A stretch of 64,000 bases of DNA from Raillietiella orientalis (lineage: Eukaryota): positions 868,001 to 932,000 of the forward strand of contig JAYWIR010000008.1 of the NCBI GenBank assembly GCA_036172245.1, written 5' to 3'. Shown piece after piece: positions 26,901 through 43,076 of the stretch (its first letter is position 1; each line of letters begins with the position of its first letter). A program made the translations under genes and the position numbers. The notes under the pieces were generated by a model. It worked only from the letters and a program-made list of their open reading frames with translations. It had not been told where the DNA came from and did no database searches.

Positions 26901-27066
26901 ATACCATTGATTATTAAATGTTTTGTTGCTAACAAATGTTTCTGATCTTTATCTAGATGATATGCAAAAAAAAGCAGTTCACTTAATTTGCCAGTATTTG
27001 GATGAAGAACTCCAAAGCAAGTTATGGAAATTATTTGGTGTATCCAGTCCTTCCATAGTTACATGA
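23366..27066 (+). CDS. RNASEH2B: Ribonuclease H2 subunit B, divergent, about 216 aa; exons 23366-23408, 23454-23592, 24060-24156, 24962-25100, 25153-25275, 26957-27066
   Basis: All junctions are GT..AG and phase-compatible. Colinear family motifs: VGLPDPFS, RSWFIGNSVVSNGSIYILAPVDPTFLLL (cf. [27 protein letters not shown]), FKYSETKVMCWLQNKV (cf. YKYSKEKTLKWLEKKV) and AVHLICQYLDEELQSKL. First and last exon limits are less certain. Confidence 0.85.
23870..23916. repeat. Poly-T tract (47 nt) in RNASEH2B intron 2
   Basis: Directly visible; coincides with the GC-to-AT transition. Confidence 0.9.
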
Positions 27067-28539
27067 ATATTTCTGAGATTCAAAATTCTGCTGCATACCA
27101 AAAGCCCTCAAACGCAGAAATGATGACTAATAAACATTATCAGAACACCTCAAAAGTATCTGTAATTGATGTAATTGAATAGTAGGAATTACATTTTGGA
27201 ATGGGATTAACACTGGATTAAATTAAAAACAGATGTAATCCAAATGCAAAACTTCATTACAGCATCATATATCAATCTCAATGGTATTTCGCCCATCAAA
27301 AACTTTGTTTGGTTCCATCATTTCACTTGATTGCAAGACTAAATACATCCCACATCTTGTAGTTTGCAGTTTTTTGAATACCTTACACCTCAAGAGGAAA
27401 ATCAATTACCCAAAATTGTAAAAATTATCCATAATAATTAAGAGTGGGAAAATTAGCGGTATGATTGCAATCTGAGTAAAATATTTTATTGCATTTTTTT
27501 TTTTTTTTTTTTTTTTTTTCATTTTTTTAAATCGTGGATTATCTGTTATTTCTGGCTAGTTTCTGCTTGAAACTGATAAGAAATAAAGGTGACCATCTGA
27601 GATTTGATTAACATCGATCTGAAACACTTCCTTTGTGTAAAAAGCTCCATGTAAGATTGCAATTGTAAACCTTACCATCTTAGAATCTTGGTTTTTACCA
27701 TAAAGTCCACAGATAATTGAATCACTGTGCAATGATCTGTAGATATCTGTGATTGCATTTTCATTACAAGTGTTTGATTTGACGAAATTTTAAACAAAAA
27801 ATTATTTTTGGTGAGGTTTCGTGAAATAAAAACAATCTACTTTACAAAACTGCTTTGCCTTACTAAAAATCTCCGACTTCCCTTGAAAATACAAAAAGCC
27901 TGTAAAAAGAAGGGGAATGTATCTACTGTTCACTTGCCAACAATCCATTAATTATCATTTACCCAGAACAATCAATTAACTTTTATCATTTAACCACTGG
28001 TAGGTAACAAATTACCAAAGAGCAAGAGCTATATGGAAAAGAAGCAAGTGCATACTGAAACTCATCATCAGAATCAAGACAATTCATTGATAAGATGCCA
28101 GGACATTAGCCAACTCAGGAATAATTAAAGGAATCCACACAGCATCTTCACCTCTTGGATTGTTAATAAATTTGCATGAATGGGTAATGCATTTCAAACA
28201 TTTGTATACTCATCAATTATTCAATATTCCTAATGGTAGTTGGAACTCTAGTAGTAGTTGATAAGTTCAACTTTCAGAATAGGTTTTAAAAGCATATTAA
28301 GAAATCATAAATAGCATGACAACTTAAACACAGGTATTTAGGAGACATCAGACAGTAAAGTACTGCCTGTTATGAAATGAAAAAACTTTCAAGATCATTC
28401 TGAACACCTATTTTTTTCAAAACTAAAACTGCATGTGCAAAAGGTCTTACACATTTGAAACACTTGCTTGGGACATACATACATACTGATTTTACAGAAA
28501 TAAATCGATAACAATGTGTACTGGACTTGACTGCACTGC

Positions 28540-29070
28540 CCTACCAAGAATTGAAACTAAAGACAAACTGACTATTTGTGACATCCCCATTGCTGGAAAT
28601 GATACATCCAAAACATTCTACAAACATATAAGCTTTAAAATATGCATCAATCTTCAACCTAATCCTCCTGCCTTTACTATCATTGTGATCTTTAACAGGT
28701 GCACAATATAGTTCCTTCCTTCCTGCCAGAAAGTGGAATGATACACATGGAGATTCTGGGAGCAGTCTGCGCAATCAAAGTGTTAGAAAAGGCAGCTGTA
28801 CACATTATTATAAAAGAATGGAGCACTTCCACAGTAGTTTTTTATGAAAAACATTCAAAACGCGAAATTTATGGTGTCTTTATCTGATTGTTTAACCAGA
28901 ATGATTTCCTGATTCCAGGTCATTGGAATGTCTTTAGTATGAACATAACAGAAAATATCAAATAGGATATCAGAATCCCAGACGATAATAACTGAACATC
29001 CTTTGTTCAATAAGCTTGTGATGGACCTTAGCATTGTGCAAGAACATCACAGAAACTATTTCCACACTTG
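28540..29070 (-). mobile_element. Possible highly decayed non-LTR (RTE-like) reverse transcriptase remnant
   Basis: Broken frames give fragments in RT order: LIEQRMFSYY, LVKQSDKDT, GRRIRLKID and VECFGCIISSNGD (cf. GLKIN..K and FKYLGSIIS.DG). Similarity is weak. Confidence 0.35.
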
Positions 29071-30249
29071 TTTCAGGTATGCAGATGGGTAGGAAGATAA
29101 AACAGTGTATTAATTAGGCATCATCCAAAATAAGATGGCCAAGTGAAAATATGTGAAAAAGACCACTCCATTCCTAACTTTTATGAACTGAATAGGAATT
29201 CAGAATTCATGGAATTATCTAAATATGTTTAGATTTTCAAATCATTTGTTCAAGCTTTAATAACTTAATGCTAAATTAGCTAACGGATTTCAGGAAATTC
29301 ATTACTGCATGCAAGCTGGAAATCAATGCTGCAAAAAGTATGCATTTCATAAAAATCTTAATAAACCACTCTAAGAACAAGTTAGGTTGTGAATGGTAGA
29401 GAAGGCATGCAAAGTTCTTCCTCAGAAATTCATTTTCCACAAAGAACAAAAAGTTACCATGTCTTCAAGTATTTCAAAATTTTAGTCATAGATACAGAAT
29501 TATTTGAATTGATTTCTTTGCATGAAACAATCTGAACTTGTAGATTTTTATTCTGAATATGAGTTACAAGAATTAAAATTCTTTTGCCATGCACAATTTA
29601 TGTTTATTAGGTTATCATTTATAATCTAGACAAATGAAAGACATACGCTTTTAAATCTTCCCGATTGTGCAGAAATTTTACCTTCAATGGATTCAGTGGA
29701 AAACTTCAATCTAGTTGTGCTTTCTTGCACTGAAAACATAGATTATGAAGCCAAAAAACGTTTCTCTCCAAAATAAAGACCACAAACAGTATTTTTGGAT
29801 TTCACTCTTCCTGTAATATTTATCCTTTCAACCAACATTTAGTTCCTCGTGAAAGATTAATTTTTTCACTGTACATGCAGTGAAAAAATTAATGAATAAC
29901 CTAAGATGACATGACAACAAAACAAAAATGCTAACAACTTCAAATGGACCTGAAACTTCCATTTTGTTCTTTTGAGAAGTCAGTTTCCTAGCCAACAGTA
30001 CAAGCAGAAATATAAGAATGTCAATCAAATATATCATAATGAGTTCTTAAAAGTGACACCCAGTAATCAGGCATATATGAATTGATCAACTTTTTGAGTT
30101 TTCATGTTTTCAACAACTTGCAGTTTGCTTTATCATTTGTAAATTTAATCAGTTCTTTGTCTCCACTATGAAGTGTGTAACCTCATGCTGAAAATTGACT
30201 GAAACATCCAAAGAATTTGGAAACTGCTCCAGATACGAATCAGAAGTTC

Positions 30250-31041
30250 TTAATACTCACCCTGATTATTATTAAGTAGATTGAGAAAATAAAATACCGC
30301 AAAGTAATCATTGGGGGTTTTTATATTTACAGTTTCTAGAGGAAATGGTTGAAAATCCACACATATGATATCCTTCGCTCTTATCATTGCATGGGGAAAA
30401 TGATCTTGATTGGGAGTACACAAGTCTGTCAAAATCCAATGCAGCACATCTTTATCTATTTGTTGAAATACTCCCTTCACAACTGAGTTTTCATATAGAT
30501 GCATTTGCACAGGAATTCCTGAAACATACAAGAGCAACCTGTTATTATGAAAGTTATGCTCAAAATCATGCTTAATAATTACTACCATTCAAGTAAAGAC
30601 TCATGTAATCCCCTTTTCATATCATTCACACCTCACACATGCTACTTTTAAGTTTCATGTTTTTTTTCCCTGATTTGTTTTTGCAAAGTCAGGCATCAGG
30701 CACAAGATTATTGATATATTGTGCATTATGATATGATTTGATATATTACACATACGTTAATTCCACAAAGTTACTCTTATTTAACAGAGGTGCATTATAA
30801 TGCAATCATTTGACAGAATACACTTCATGACATAGAACATGATACTCCATCAAATGAATTTGAAAAATGGAGTCACAGCAATTAGAATACTGCTTCAGAA
30901 CATTAGTCAAAACTTAATTTGCACAAAGCCCTTCTGTCTTGCTTTCATTAGCTACAAACAAAAACCGTACTTACTTCTTAACGCGGTCACAACTCTTAGA
31001 AACCGTTCTCGCAATAATGCACGGGTCTGCTGCACTTCCAT
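30250..31041 (-). CDS. GEMIN7: Gem-associated protein 7 (SMN complex), about 111 aa; exons 31041-30975 and 30518-30250
   Basis: MEVQQTRALLRERFLRVVTALR|RIPVQMHLYENSVVKGVF...DLCTP...AMIRAKDIICVDF matches the Gemin7 pattern (QRARAALRERYLR...LQTPIG...ALLRCSDII). Phase-1 GT..AG intron. The last ~27 residues may be a retained intron. Confidence 0.88.
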
Positions 31042-32599
31042 GAAAAATTCTTCTGAGAATCCAATTTCTTAATGGAAATTATCATCAATCATTATAACTC
31101 ACTAAGCTCACAAGGTTTAAAAAGCATGCTAAAACACGAATTTTGTAAAATAAAAAAATAAAAATACTTGAAATTTCAAATACTTAAGTTTTGCAAGCAT
31201 TTCCGAAATCAAAAGTACTATAAATTCACAATGCAAAAAATCACATGGAAACACTATAAGCATTTATTTTTTCAAGTTTACTAAACATACCGGCTTCAAC
31301 AAAAACTTTGAGATTTTACTTACCAAGATTACCTTATGCTTACTTGAATTTATTTACAAATACGCTTAAGTCCCAAATGTGCTTAATTTTATCAAGAAAG
31401 CATTTGTGATACTCCTTGTTTGCTTTTGCGTTGACACGAGATGTTTTGACAACGCCAGACTTCTGAATGTTTACCAAAATTGCTTAAGCGCAGAAAACCT
31501 CGCACTGGATCGGATAAAAATAGAAACGTGCATGCTGTCCAAATACCGTTCCTGATATTTACTATTAAAATAATAGCCTTTTAAATAATTCACTTTATTT
31601 TGCCTGCATTTTGACTTTTTTGTAGGTTTTGTCTAGTTCTGGAAATTACCGAATTTTTCCTATATGTGCTAACAAAGTCTTCATTTAAATGTTGCTCAAT
31701 TCTTAGTTTTATCGTCTAGTTTCAGTTATTAAGTGAAATCTAGAGAACTCATGGCGTACATGAAGCAACATCAAGGATTCCAGCATGTAATTACACCTAA
31801 TTGCACAATTTTTACTTTTTTTTGTTTGCTATTTAAGGAATGATATAGGTATTTATGGACTACTTCCAGTCAGTGTAGCCATTTGAATGAATTCAGAGAG
31901 CAAACATCTGCGCTTGATGTGAACTGAGTTGCGGTAAAAAGAAAATATCATCAAAGATATTCTATGGTGAGATTTGCCCTTTATCAACAAAACTAGTGAC
32001 ACTTTCCAGTTTTGAAACAAAATTAAGCGAGCCTACCTAGATGTCTTCTTGGAGTGAAAGAGGATCAAAAGCGTAATTTTATTAAATTGTTTCACGTGAA
32101 AAAGTAAAGTACACGAAAGAAACTGGTGGCTCCGTCAAGTGGATGAACGGCTGTTGATTTGTAAGGAGCCAATGTTAATAAGGGTTCGTGTGTTTCACCC
32201 TATATGTATTCCTTGACTTTTTGAATGCTTCCTGTTCAGTATAGTGAATGACGCACTGCTGGAACTTCTGTGAATTGATGTGAATCCAGTGCATTCTGCT
32301 TTGTTCCCGATTCACTCATGTTGTGCGTTAAGTTACGATGACATAGTTCGTTCACGAAAGCTCATCGTGTTGTTATTGCTACTGCATGAGAGAGGTTCAT
32401 ATTCCTCGATGGTAAGGGGCTGTTTTTCTTCGAAACCAAGTCTTTAAATTATGAGATGGAGAAGAATAGTACGATTATTAAAGCAGTTCCCGAGAAAGTT
32501 CTTTGCTTTGAAGGATGCCTTCCGGATCGTGTGTGTTGATCAGTTCTTGTTTCCTACACTACTTTGAGTCAATTTTGTCCCACTGCCCACTCTTCCCAG

Positions 32600-33510
32600 T
32601 TTCCGCTATGATCAGACGTATAGATAATGATCTTTGAATATGTTTTACATGTTGCATAAGGCTATTCATTCCAGCAGTACGAGATTCGGAGGAGTTGGAG
32701 TGCGTCTAAAATGTTTGTGGAGTGCTCCAGCCCTACTTTTCTGCTGCTGTGCTCCCATTTTGAACGTCACTTTCAACGACTATTTCAGGATTTTTCTTCC
32801 TCCTAAATGAGTTTTATCTGGAATCTCTGGAGCCATTTCTTGGCCGTTATTGGCATTAGGCAGTTGGACTCTCCAAACAGGATGACAGGAGCCAAGACTG
32901 TTCCAACATTGGCGCTCTCCTTTTGGATGAAGTAGAACAAGTTGTCTTTAGTCTCTTCTTCCCTCACGTTACCCAATATTTTTTTGTTATCGATGATGCC
33001 ATATAGCAACGTTTCCAAGTACTTGATGTTGTCTACCACCTGAAATCCTTTTCTCATTAATGACGAAGAGGTCACTATAATTTTACGAGTGATGACCATA
33101 AGCTAAAGAGCATGGATATGGATGCATTGTTTTTAAGCCCTCTTTGCATCGCTTCGGCGTCGTTGAAAAACGCCCTTTGACCTGCCTTATCCATCAAGAG
33201 TTACAGGACATTGACGGTGCCAAGTGCGTAAGGAATTCTTCCTGTGTGATGTCTTTGAGCCGACAGCCTTGGTGAAGAACGAGATGGCTTTCTTTTAGAA
33301 ATAGCCCCTCTGGAGTCATGGTATCTCTTTGGAGGAATTGCTTCTCCATATGAATTTCAGTCGTCTCCTTGCCATGGATGATGATGTTTAAGATAGAATC
33401 CTCCAACATTGTATTCGTGCATTAACAGAATTGCTCTTAGAAACCTAGTTCCCTGAGGGTTCCGTGACCTAGTGTCGAATATCCCTTCCATGAGAGTGAT
33501 GTCTAGAATG
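32600..33510 (-). mobile_element. Degenerate non-LTR retrotransposon (RTE-like) RT and C-terminal region
   Basis: Frameshifted, colinear fragments: IFDT, IIIHGKETTEIHMEKQFLQRDTMTP (cf. GVRQGD.LSP), FQVVDNIKYL, VLAPVILFGES...WLQRFQIKL (cf. VLPVLLYGSETW...LQVFQ), RKILK. Confidence 0.62.
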
Positions 33511-34047
33511 TAAGTTTAACTGCAAAACGAGAAAAAAAATGCTAAGTGACTGCTAATGCTGTTTTCTAAAGCAGACCACAAACTGCGGCAGCGCGGAAAC
33601 GCAGATTCAGAAGGCGACACAAGATGCAGTAGAACACTTCCATTACAATCGTTTTTCCCGTCATGCTGATGGTGAGAAACATAAGTCTCTACTCGACTAT
33701 GCCCCTGAGGAAAACACACACACGGGAAGGACCAAAAATTGTACATTTAGAACAATGGGGGAAACCTACAGCAGACCAAATAGCTCCCGCGCACAAGACA
33801 TAAATATGGAACTGAAGACTGTCTGGATTCAGTGAATCTATCGTTAAGTATGACCAGACACAGTGGCAACACATTGTGCACCAAACAAAATCGATCAAGG
33901 ATCAACACGTCACACGTGAATTGTGCACGACAGTGCACGAGATCAACGAATTGGCACTCAACTTCAGCAAACTTGGGAAGTACAAAAAACAGCATAGCAC
34001 TACTTTAAGAATACAATACAAAGTTTTATTACAAGTAAGCTCTGTAT

Positions 34048-39060
<5,013 letters not shown>

Positions 39061-39120
39061 TTTCAACTTCACAAACACGTGAAAGTAACCGATACGACAA
39101 CCATTTCAGTTCAAGATAAC

Positions 39121-39130
39121 GCGCGCCAAA
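39121..39130 (-). promoter_or_regulatory. E2F site in the MCM7 promoter/5' leader
   Basis: TTTGGCGCGC about 60 nt upstream of the ATG, in a small CpG-containing patch. MCM genes are established E2F targets. Confidence 0.75.
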
Positions 39131-42100
39131 TTTTACCGATATTTTGAAAAGGTTGCCACAAACTTATATCGAACGTTCATTTTAGTTTATCGAGCTTTGA
39201 GTAGTTTTTGTCTCAAATATCAAAGCTTGCTACATTTGAAAAATTTCATCGGCTACCACTTACTAAATACTGAAATAGAAAGTGATAGATAGATGCTATC
39301 ACCACAACAAACCATATTTATATCCTTTCGATTTACTATAAGGAAACATAGAAATCCATCTATTTTGTAATAGATAATTAGCTTTAATCTCAATCATAAA
39401 TGCTCAGCATGATTTGGGTTTCTCCAATAATATTACAAATTTCTATGAGCTCCAGAGTACAATTGGTAAATCTAGTCACACAAATTGAACATAAGATGAA
39501 GAATCTGAATGCATCATATAAACAGTAAATGGAACTTAACATAAACTCTTTGTGGGAAAAGTCTGGGCCATGTTGTCCACTTATTATTCTTTAGATATCA
39601 TCCTTTAATGAACTCCATTGTCGTGTCATCTACAATTATTACTTTGTTTATTTCAAGCAAAATCCTACTGAAATCATTAATCTTTCCTCAGGAAATGGTC
39701 AAACAATATTTTGCAGATCCAACACTTCCAGAGGCACCTCAAACAAGTGATAAGATTGAAACGTAGCAACAAAATTGTGAGTAAAATCATCTTTGTCGCT
39801 AATCAACTTTTGCAAGGACTTCAGAGTAATTATTGGTGAGACTTATTAAATTTTTGTAATAACAAACTTCCAGAGAACATGAGTTTGAAAATTGCATTCA
39901 CACTATAAATGATTCTGTTATACAGACATAAACAAGACAATGTAAACCAAAGCAGTATCTATATAATTTTCCAAGAAATCTGAAAAAATAATAAGGAAAT
40001 GGAAGCATCCTTCTTGCATCCCATCTATAAAAAACAATCATTAATGAATTAAAGACTTTCAAAATTACATGAGTACGATGTTCTCAAAGCTTAAGGAAAA
40101 AGTTATGGAGTAATTAAAGCATTAGCAAGATAATAACGAACCGTCTATAAAAATACTAATTTGCTTTCATTATGAGAATAAAGAATAAAGAATTTGGTGA
40201 AAAGAAAAATTTGAAAATGGACGGAAAGGTGGTATTTCCATAGTGATTCCTTTCTTACAGTATCACATTTAAAGGGAATAAGATGCAGAGGTAGTATACT
40301 AAATAGGAAAGATGAAAAAAAACTTCATGAGTAAATGAGCATAATGTGTAGCATAAACTTTTGCGTATCCAGCATCATTCTAATTATTAAATTTAATTTC
40401 GATAGTTTTATGGTTTGCACAAGCCATTCGAAGGCATGAAGCCATGGATATCTGGAAGGTGCTCCTCATCATTACCAATATAAATGTTGCAAACTTAAAT
40501 AAATATTTGAAAATTCACTAAGCAGAAGTACAACAGTACCTTTGAGCGTACTATTTAGGTATTAAAAAATTCTGCTAATACCTTATCGTTACCACTAACT
40601 GTTTGTATATTTTTTTCTGAGGGATTCTGCATTTAATCTTAAGAACTCTAATGAAATAGTCCACTAGTTTGAAAATTGATTATTAATTGATATCAAGAAA
40701 ATTATATTAATCTATGCACAACTGTATTCTAAATTACTATGAATAAAACTTTGGTCAGCAATTTGAAGTTTAGAAAATCGAATTGCCATTCTGGTGCGAA
40801 GCAGCCACAAGAAGGACATCTAAAAAAGAGCCGCAACTGAAATGAGATCATTTTAAACGGGACACCTTTTTCATGTTTGTTTTGTTCAAAAACTAAGTTT
40901 TTTTGTAGAATAAAAGCCTTTTTATTTTAATAGCATATGACCTTTTATAGTGGTATTTGATTTAAGATGTAATTATCGAATGAAAACTGAAATCACGAGT
41001 TTGAACTTATAGAAGGAAGAGATTCAATCCATTGTTAATATATTATGTATCCACAATGAGTATTTCTTATCGATCTTGGCATATTTTTATACTAACCTTC
41101 AATCAAGGATGGAAAAAGACAGAAAGAAGTAGAAAATAGCTATTATGATTCCTTTGCAACTTTTTAACATATATTGCTGTTGATTAGGTGAGGTTTTTTT
41201 TTTTTTTTTTTAAAGTGGTGTTTAAAGCCATGCTTTGCATCAAAATTAGTTACCTTCTAAGGCACTTATTAAGGTTATTTTTATGGTTTTGTGGAAATCA
41301 TGTATTTGTGTTTAATTTTCGACCATACTGAGTTGGACATTGCATGTTTTGATATGTGGGAATTAAAGAAAATGGATTTAATCCTTGACTGTTTAACGGA
41401 AATGAATCCCGGTCACCATCTCCGATCCCAGGAGAAAACCTACATTTGTTGACTCAAATTATCTACGATTAGTACAAGATGACTGCATGACTTTTATTAC
41501 ATGTTAGGGTACGTCTAGATTCTTGCCCTGGAGCTGTTACCCACATAGAGATCCTAGTTCTTGCTCGCACGGTTACAAGTTGGCTTCGAAACAGGTTTTT
41601 GAAATGAGAGCAAGAAGCTTAGCGCGTCTGGGAATGTGTTAATTAGTTTGTTGACTCATCACAGGAATATTCTGTCTTGCCTGCACTTTTTGGCAACTTA
41701 GCATTTCTAACGTATCGCTCGTCTTCCTCCTGTTCATAGATTGGGAGCCTGTCCGGATAGAATGAATAGGTGTACAGTAATAAGTAATGAATTGGAGGGC
41801 AGTCGCTTCTCCCTGTATGCAAATATTAATTACTTTATTGCTGTACGTTACGTTGTTAGCAAAACGTGACTCTCAGCCATGCCGTCATTTACGTCGACGG
41901 TGGTCGGCGTTGGGTGCGGTCGGTACACGCGTATGCGAAATTTTGGCTTCCCTGCGTGGAACCGTTTTTCCTCGCGATGTGGTTGAAGGGATTTGTTCCC
42001 TGGAAAGCTGCCTTTCAGTCCGGCCTAACTTTCTAGTGAAGTGTATGGAATCGCTTACAGCTTAGTATGCCTTTCAAAGAAATCTTGCGTGGTCGGGTAT

Positions 42101-42396
42101 GTCAGTACATAATTCGGTTTTTACTGTGCTACTGTACACTAGGGACGGTTGAAGTGACCCATCGTTAGCAGTTACGTTAGAAATAGTGAACATCCTAGAC
42201 TGCCTTTTCGGTAGTCAATGGCACACACAGTCTCCTACATTCTCAAGGTGCTCAAATTCCCCAATAATTTTTTACCACCAATTGCACTCATTGTGAACCT
42301 GATCGGTGCTTCTAGAATCTAATGTACTGTTAGCAAATGTTTGTTTTGTAAGAAACTTGCTCATGCTTGTGGCTTAAAATTACTTTTAGATGACAG

Positions 42397-43024
42397 ATGG
42401 CCTTGATGGGTTGGTTTCAGGGTCCCACATCTCTCTATAGAAAATTTAATGTTCTTTGTGGGGGAATTATGAGATTCTCCAGCAGCCCGTATCATTCATG
42501 GCTGGTGATAGCAGGTTTATCAGGAGCTTCGGCAGTGATTTTAGCAGCATATGGTGCACATGGTAATGTGAATGATTCCCTCTGAACAGATCCAAAGAAC
42601 TTCCTAATAAGAGTAATGAAAAAATCAAGAATTTTTTTTTACAAATCCATTTATTTTTAAAATACAATTATGGTGATAATTAGACTTTAATAATTTAAAA
42701 TCAATACTTGTAGCTCACTCTCCTGGTGATGAAACATATGAGTGGAAACAAAAATTCCAAACAGGAAATCAGTTTCACCTATTGCACAGTATAGTGTTGC
42801 TGTCGGTACCATTTTGCAAACATCCCAATTTGGTAAGCTGTGCTTGTGGTAGATTCTTTATAATACCTTTTGTCTTGAAGACAGGGATTTTATTTTCTTG
42901 TGGCATGTTGGCCTTCTGTGGAGGTAGTTATGTGAGCACACTTACAACTTACAAGAACTTCTCCAGAATCATGCCACTAGGTGGTTTTTTACTTATTATT
43001 GGATGGCTATCAGTGACTTTGTAA
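42397..43024 (+). CDS. TMEM256: Transmembrane protein 256 (DUF423) homologue; exons 42397-42562, 42714-42832, 42881-43024
   Basis: IAGLSGASAVILAAYGAH, FQTGNQFHLLHS, GMLAFCGGSY and PLGGFLLIIGWL are DUF423 hallmarks. In-frame GT..AG splicing; the start Met is uncertain. Confidence 0.93.
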
Positions 43025-43076
43025 CTACTTACTTGTAATAGATTGTGATTGCAAAGAGTGTGCATTTTCACTAACT

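Noticed and set aside
27540..27900. Exon-like pieces on the minus strand with a possible 45-nt intron
   Set aside because: No recognisable product, and several frames are equally plausible.
40843..40854. TGAGATCATTTT, matching the 5' part of bantam miRNA
   Set aside because: The match stops at 12 nt and no precursor hairpin is evident.
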